Source: Eledone cirrhosa (Eukaryota). From it: a DNA stretch of 64,000 nt. Of this stretch, positions 55,008 to 64,000 are shown in pieces. The stretch lies in NCBI GenBank assembly GCA_964016885.1, contig OZ024741.1, positions 194,928,001 through 194,992,000 on the forward strand. Reading direction: 5' to 3'. A program made the position numbers and the translations under genes. The notes beneath the pieces are model-generated. The model had not been told where the DNA came from. It made no database searches and saw only the letters and a program-made list of their open reading frames with translations. The first letter of the stretch is position 1. Every line of letters begins with the position of its first letter.

Positions 55008-58000
55008 ATTGTATGCGCCCTATGTTATATATAGTATGTGGCCTACGTTATATATTGTATGTGGCCTATGTTATATATAGTATGCTGCCTATGTTATATA
55101 TTGTATGTGGCCTATGTTATATATAGTATGTGGCCTACGTTATATATTGTATGTTGCCTATGTTATATATTGTATGCTGCCTATGTTATATATTGTATGT
55201 GGCCTATGTTATATATAGTATGCTGCCTATGTTATATATTGTATGTGGCCTATGTTATATATAGTATGTGGCCTACGTTATATATTGTATGCTGCCTATG
55301 TTATATATAGTATGCTGCCTATGTTATATATTGTATGTGGCCTATGTTATATATAGTATGTGGCCTACGTTATATATTGTATGTTGCCTATGTTATATAT
55401 TGTATGCTGCCTATGTTATATATTGTATGTGGCCTATGTTATATATAGTATGCTGCCTATGTTATATATTGTATGTCGCCTATGTTATATATAGTATGTG
55501 GCCTACGTTATATATTGTATGCTGCCTATGTTATATAAAGTATGCTGCCTATGTTATATATTGTATGCTGCCTATGTTATATATTGTATGTGGCCTACGT
55601 TATATATTGTATGCTGCCTATGTTATATATAGTATGCTACCTGTGTTATATATTGTATGTGGCCTATGTTATATATAGTATGTGGCCTACGTTATATATT
55701 GTATATTGCCTATGTTATATATTGTATGTTGCCTATGTTATATATTGTATGCTGCCTATGTTATATATTGTATGTGGTCTATGTTATATATTGTATGCTG
55801 CCTATGTTATATATTGTATGTTGCCTATGTTATATATTGTATGCTGCCTATGTTATATATAGTATGCTGCCTATGTTATATATTGTATGTGGCCTATGTT
55901 ATATATTGTATGCTGCCTATGTTATATATTGTATGTTGCCTATGTTATATATTGTATGCTGCCTATGTTATATATAGTATGCTGCCTATGTTATATATTG
56001 TATGCTGCCTATGTTATATATTGTATGTGGCCTACGTTATATATTGTATACTGCCTATGTTATATATAGTATGCTAGCTATGTTATATATAGTATGTGGC
56101 CTACGTTATATATTGTATACTGCCTATGTTATATATAGTATGCTACCTATGTCATATATTGTATGTGGCCTATGTTATATATTGTATGCTGCCTATGTTA
56201 TATATTGTATGTTGCCTATGTTATATATTGTATGCTGCCTATGTTATATATAGTATGCTACCTATGTTATATATTGTATGTGGCCTATGTTATATATAGT
56301 ATGTGGCCTACGTTATATATTGTATACTGCCTATGTTATATACAGTATGCTACCTATGTCATATATTGTATGTGGCCTATGTTATATATTGTATACTGCC
56401 TATGTTATATATTGTATGCTGCCTATGTTATATATTGTATGTGGCCTATGTTATATATTGTGTGTGGCCTATGTCATATATTGTATGCTGCCTATGTTAT
56501 ATATTGTATGCTGCCTATGTCATATATTGTATGTGGCCTATGTCATATATTGTATGCTGCCTATGTTATATATTGTATGTGGCCTATGTTATATATAGTA
56601 TGTGGCCTACGTTATATATTGTATACTGCCTATGTTATATATTGTATACTGCCTATGTTATATATTGTATGTGGCCTATGTTATATATTGTATATTGCCT
56701 GAGTTATATATTGTATGCTGCCTATGTTATATATTGTATGTGGCCTATGTTATATATAGTATGTGGCCTATGTTATATATTGTATGTGGCCTACGTTATA
56801 TATTGTATGCTGCCTATGTTATATATAGTATGCTACCTATGTTATATATTGTATGTGGCCTATGTTATATATAGTATGTGGCCTACGTTATATATTGTAT
56901 GCTGCCTATGTTATATATAGTATGCTACCTATGTCATATATTGTATGTGGCCTATGTTATATATTGTATACTGCCTATGTTATATATTGTATGCTGCCTA
57001 TGTTATATATTGTATGTGGCCTATGTTATATATTGTATGCTGCCTATGTCATATATTGTATGTGGCCTATGTCATATATTGTATGCTGCCTATGTTATAT
57101 ATTGTATGTGGCCTATGTTATATATAGTATGTGGCCTACGTTATATATTGTATACTGCCTATGTTATATATTGTATACTGCCTATGTTATATATTGTATG
57201 TGGCCTATGTTATATATTGTATATTGCCTGAGTTATATATTGTATGCTGCCTATGTTATATATTGTATGTGGCCTATGTTATATATAGTATGTGGCCTAT
57301 GTTATATATTGTATGTGGCCTACGTTATATATTGTATGCTGCCTATGTTATATATAGTATGCTACCTATGTTATATATTGTATGTGGCCTATGTTATATA
57401 TAGTATGTGGCCTACGTTATATATTGTATGCTGCCTATGTTATATATAGTATGCTACCTATGTCATATATTGTATGTGGCCTATGTTATATATTGTATAC
57501 TGCCTATGTTATATATTGTATGCTGCCTATGTTATATATTGTATGTGGCCTATGTTATATATTGTATGTGGCCTATGTCATATATTGTATGCTGCCTATG
57601 TTATATATTGTATGCTGCCTATGTTATATATTGTATGTGGCCTATGTTATATATTGTATGTGCCTATGTTATATATTGTATGCTGCCTATGTTATATATT
57701 GTATGCTGTCTATGTTATATATTGTATGTGGCCTATGTTATATATTGTATGCTGCCTATGTTATATATAGTATGCTACCTATGTTATATATTGTATGTGG
57801 CCTATGTTATATATTGTATGTGGCCTATGTTATATATTGTATGCTGTCTATGGTATATATTGTATGCTGTCTATGTTATATATTGTATGTGACCTATATT
57901 ATATATTGTATGCTGCCTATGTTATATATTGTATGCGGCCTATCTTATACATTGTATGCTGCCTATGTTATATATTGTATGTTGCCTATGTTATATATTG

Positions 58001-61000
58001 TATGCTGCCTATGTTATATATTGTATGCTGCCTATGTTATATATTGTATGCTGCCTATGTTATATATTGTATGTGGCCTATGTTATATATTGTATGTGCC
58101 TATGTTATATATTGTATGCTGTCTATGTTATATATTGTATGTGGCCTATGTTATATATTGTATGCTGCCTATGTTATATATAGTATGCTACCTATGTTAT
58201 ATATTGTATGTGGCCTATGTTATATATTGTATGTGGGTTATGTTATATATTGTATGTGGGCTATGTTATATATTGTATATGGGCTATGTTATATATTGTA
58301 TTTGGCCTATGTTATATATTGTATGCTGCCTATGTTATATATTGTATACTGCCTATGTTATATATAGTATGCTACCTATGTCATATATTGTATGTGGCCT
58401 ATGTTATATATTGTATGTGGGCTATGTTATATATTGTATGTGGCCTATGTTATATATTGTATGTGCCTATGTTATATATTGTATGCTGCCTATGTTATAT
58501 ATAGTATGCTACCTATGTTATATATTGTATGTGGCCTATGTTATATATTGTATGTGGGCTATGTTATATATTGTATGTGGGCTATGTTATATATTGTATA
58601 TGGGCTATGTTATATATTGTATTTGGCCTATGTTATATATTGTATGCTGCCTATGTTATATATTGTATACTGCCTATGTTATATATAGTATGCTACCTAT
58701 GTCATATATTGTATGTGGCCTATGTTATATAATGTATGTGGGCTATGTTATATATTGTATGTGGCCTATGTTATATATTGTATGTGCCTATGTTATATAT
58801 TGTATGCTGCCTATGTTATATATAGTATGCTGCCTATGTTATATATTATATGCTGCCTATGTTATATATTGTATGTGGCCTACGTTATATATTGTATACT
58901 GCCTATGTTATATATAGTATGCTACCTATGTTATATATTGTATGTGGCCTATGTTATATATAGTATGTGGCCTATGTTATATATTGTATGTGGCCTACGT
59001 TATATATTGTATGCTGCCTATGTTATATATAGTATGCTACCTATGTTATATATTGTATGTGGCCTATGTTATATATAGTATGTGGCCTACGTTATATATT
59101 GTATGCTGCCTATGTTATATATAGTATGCTACCTATGTCATATATTGTATGTGGCCTATGTTATATATTGTATACTGCCTATGTTATATATTGTATGCTG
59201 CCTATGTCATATATTGTATGCTGCCTATGTTATATATTGTATGCTGCCTATGTCATATATTGTATGTGGCCTATGTTATATATTGTATGTGGCCTATGTT
59301 ATATATTGTATGTGGCCTATGTTATATATTGCATGCTGCCTATGGTATATATTGTATGCTGTCTATGTTATATATTGTATGTGACCTATATTATATATTG
59401 TATGCTGCCTATGTTATATATTGTATGTGGCCTATGTTATACATTGTATGCTGCCTACGTTATATATTGTATGTTGCCTATGTTATATATTGTATGCTGC
59501 CTATGTTATATATTGTATGTTGCCTATGTTATATATTGTATGCTGCCTATGTTATACATTGTATGCTGTCTATGTTATATATTGTATGTGGCCTATGTTA
59601 TATATTGTATGCAGCCTATGTTATATATAGTATGCTACCTATGTTATATATTGTATGTGGCCTATGTTATATATTGTATGTGGGCTATGTTATATATTGT
59701 ATGTGGGCTATGTTATATATTGTATATGGGCTATGTTATATATTGTATTTGGCCTATGTTATATATTCTATGCTGCCTATGTTATATATTGTATACTGCC
59801 TATGTTATATATAGTATGCTACCTATGTCATATATTGTATGTGGCCTATGTTATATATTGTATGTGCCTATGTTATATATTGTATGCTGCCTATGTTATA
59901 TATAGTATGCTACCTATGTTATATATTGTATGTGGCCTATGTTATATATTGTACGTGGGCTATGTTATATATTGTATGTGGGCTATGTTATATATTGTAT
60001 ATGGGCTATGTTATATATTGTATTTGGCCTATGTTATATATTGTATGCTGCCTATGTTATATATTGTATACTGCCTATGTTATATATAGTATGCTACCTA
60101 TGTCATATATTGTATGTGGCCTATGTTATATATTGTATGTGGGCAATGTTATATATTGTATGTGGCCTATGTTATATATTGTATGTGCCTATGTTATATA
60201 TTGTATGCTGCCTATGTTATATATAGTATGCTGCCTATGTTATATATTGTATGCTGCCTATGTTATATATTGTATGTGGCCTACGTTATATATTGTATAC
60301 TGCCTATGTTATATATAGTATGCTACCTATGTTATATATTGTATGTGGCCTATGTTATATATAGTATGTGGCCTATGTTATATATTGTATGTGGCCTACG
60401 TTATATATTGTATGCTGCCTAAGTTATATATAGTATGCTACCTATGTTATATATTGTATGTGGCCTATGTTATATATAGTATGTGGCCTACGTTATATAT
60501 TGTATGCTGCCTATGTTATATATAGTATGCTACCTATGTCATATATTGTATGTGGCCTATGTTATATATTGTATACTGCCTATGTTATATATTGTATGCT
60601 GCCTATGTTATATATTGTATGTGGCCTATGTTATATATTGTATGTGGCCTATGTCATATATTGTATGCTGCCTATGTTATATATTGTATGCTGCCTATGT
60701 CATATATTGTATGTGGCCTATGTTATATATTGTATGTGGCCTATGTTATATATTGTATGTGGCCTATGTTATATATTGTATGCTGCCTATGGTATATATT
60801 GTATGCTGTCTATGTTATATATTGTATGTGACCTATATTATATATTGTATGCTGCCTATGTTATATATTGTATGTGGCCTATGTTATACATTGTATGCTG
60901 CCTATGTTATATATTGTATGTTGCCTATGTTATATATTGTATGCTGCCTATGTTATATATTGTATGCTGCCTATGTTATATATTGTATGCTGCCTATGTT

Positions 61001-64000
61001 ATATATTGTATGTGGCCTATGTTATATATTGTATGTGCCTATGTTATATATTGTATGCTGCCTATGTTATATATTGTATGCTGTCTATGTTATATATTGT
61101 ATGTGGCCTATGTTATATATTGTATGCTGCCTATGTTATATATAGTATGCTACCTATGTTATATATTGTATGTGGCCTATGTTATATATTGTATGTGGCC
61201 TATGTTATATATTGTATGTGGCCTATGTTATATATTGTATGCTGTCTATGGTATATATTGTATGCTGTCTATGTTATATATTGTATGTGACCTATATTAT
61301 ATATTGTATGCTGCCTATGTTATATATTGTATGTGGCCTATGTTATACATTGTATGCTGCCTATGTTATATATTGTATGTTGCCTACGTTATATATTGTA
61401 TACTGCCTATGTTATATATAGTATGCTACCTATGTTATATATTGTATGTGGCCTATGTTATATATAGTATGTGGCCTACGTTATATATTGTATGCTGCCT
61501 ATGTTATATATAGTATGCTACCTATGTCATATATTGTATGTGGCCTATGTTATATATTGTATACTGCCTATGTTATATATTGTAAGCTGCCTATGTTATA
61601 TATTGTATGTGGCCTATGTTATATATTGTATGTGGCCTATGTCATATATTGTATGCTGCCTATGTTATATATTGTATGCTGCCTATGTCATATATTGTAT
61701 GTGGCCTATGTTATATATTGTATGTGGCCTATGTTATATATTGTATGTGGCCTATGTTATATATTGTATGCTGCCTATGGTATATATTGTATGCTGTCTA
61801 TGTTATATATTGTATGTGACCTATATTATATATTGTATGCTGCCTATGTTATATATTGTATGTGGCCTATGTTATACATTGTATGCTGCCTATGTTATAT
61901 ATTGTATGTTGCCTATGTTATATATTGTATGCTGCCTATGTTATATATTGTATGCTGCCTATGTTATATATTGTATGCTGCCTATGTTATATATTGTATG
62001 TGGCCTATGTTATATATTGTATGTGCCTATGTTATATATTGTATGCTGCCTATGTTATATATTGTATGCTGTCTATGTTATATATTGTATGTGGCCTATG
62101 TTATATATTGTATGCTGCCTATGTTATATATAGTATGCTACCTATGTTATATATTGTATGTGGCCTATGTTATATATTGTATGTGGGCTATGTTATATAT
62201 TGTATGTGGGCTATGTTATATATTGTATATGGGCTATGTTATATATTGTATTTGGCCTATGTTATATATTCTATGCTGCCTATGTTATATATTGTATACT
62301 GCCAATGTTATATATAGTATGCTACCTATGTCATATATTGTATGTGGCCTATGTTATATATTGTATGTGGGCTATGTTATATATTGTATGTGGCCTATGT
62401 TATATATTGTATGTGCCTATGTTATATATTGTATGCTGCCTATGTTATATATAGTATGCTACCTATGTTATATATTGTATGTGGCCTATGTTATATATTG
62501 TATGTGGGCTATGTTATATATTGTATGTGGGCTATGTTATATATTGTATATGGGCTATGTTATATATTGTATTTGGCCTATGTTATATATTGTATGCTGC
62601 CTATGTTATATATTGTATACTGCCTATGTTATATATAGTATGCTACCTATGTCATATATTGTATGTGGCCTATGTTATATATTGTATGTGGGCAATGTTA
62701 TATATTGTATGTGGCCTATGTTATATATTGTATGTGCCTATGTTATATATTGTATGCTGCCTATGTTATATATAGTATGCTGCCTATGTTATATATTGTA
62801 TGCTGCCTATGTCATATATTGTATGTGGCCTATGTTATATATTGTATGTGGCCTATGTTATATATTGTATGTGGCCTATGTTATATATTGCATGCTGCCT
62901 ATGGTATATATTGTATGCTGTCTATGTTATATATTGTATGTGACCTATATTATATATTGTATGCTGCCTATGTTATATATTGTATGTGGCCTATGTTATA
63001 CATTGTATGCTGCCTACGTTATATATTGTATGTTGCCTATGTTATATATTGTATGCTGCCTATGTTATATATTGTATGTTGCCTATGTTATATATTGTAT
63101 GCTGCCTATGTTATATATTGTATGCTGTCTATGTTATATATTGTATGTGGCCTATGTTATATATTGTATGCAGCCTATGTTATATATAGTATGCTACCTA
63201 TGTTATATATTGTATGTGGCCTATGTTATATATTGTATGTGGGCTATGTTATATATTGTATGTGGGCTATGTTATATATTGTATATGGGCTATGTTATAT
63301 ATTGTATTTGGCCTATGTTATATATTCTATGCTGCCTATGTTATATATTGTATACTGCCTATGTTATATATAGTATGCTACCTATGTCATATATTGTATG
63401 TGGCCTATGTTATATATTGTATGTGCCTATGTTATATATTGTATGCTGCCTATGTTATATATAGTATGCTACCTATGTTATATATTGTATGTGGCCTATG
63501 TTATATATTGTATGTGGGCTATGTTATATATTGTATGTGGGCTATGTTATATATTGTATATGGGCTATGTTATATATTGTATTTGGCCTATGTTATATAT
63601 TGTATGCTGCCTATGTTATATATTGTATACTGCCTATGTTATATATAGTATGCTACCTATGTCATATATTGTATGTGGCCTATGTTATATATTGTATGTG
63701 GGCAATGTTATATATTGTATGTGGCCTATGTTATATATTGTATGTGCCTATGTTATATATTGTATGCTGCCTATGTTATATATAGTATGCTGCCTATGTT
63801 ATATATTGTATGCTGCCTATGTTATATATTGTATGTGGCCTACGTTATATATTGTATACTGCCTATGTTATATATAGTATGCTACCTATGTTATATATTG
63901 TATGTGGCCTATGTTATATATAGTATGTGGCCTATGTTATATATTGTATGTGGCCTACGTTATATATTGTATGCTGCCTAAGTTATATATAGTATGCTAC
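55008..64000 (+). repeat. 23-bp tandem satellite (consensus about CCTATGTTATATATTGTATG[TGG/CTG]), roughly 390 units, running off the window
   Basis: Seen directly; variant units recur in ordered blocks. Confidence 0.98.

Noticed and set aside
55038-63981. Long ORFs (up to 672 aa) in the satellite
   Set aside because: They are translations of a 23-bp repeat lacking stops in several frames; no coding signal.
55008-64000. CRISPR-like array
   Set aside because: Units are contiguous with no unique spacers, there are no cas genes, and the context is eukaryotic.

Overview
AT-rich eukaryotic (animal) intergenic or intronic DNA with no host gene I can recognise. The (TA)n density and SINE content suggest an octopus or other cephalopod genome; this is inference. 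The window is almost entirely transposon-derived. It holds an RTE-type LINE 5' fragment, a CRE-clade element with an N-terminal PHD finger, two R4/Dong-clade copies ending in (AAT)n, a near-intact hAT transposase, five Penelope-like element (PLE) coding remnants (RT + C-terminal GIY-YIG), many SINEs and a 9-kb 23-bp satellite with higher-order structure. The main signal missed by the ORF track is a dense set of short modules bounded by (TA)n. About 15-20 carry intact or degenerate minimal type I hammerhead-ribozyme motifs (CUGANGA-stem-GAAA-short palindrome-UH). About ten are asymmetric fold-back hairpins in which one arm stops at the microsatellite and the other runs on into a 40-100 bp tail. 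These appear to be non-autonomous products of TA-targeting PLEs, and one seems to be a SINE captured by the same route. All calls were made by eye; no searches or folding programs were run.
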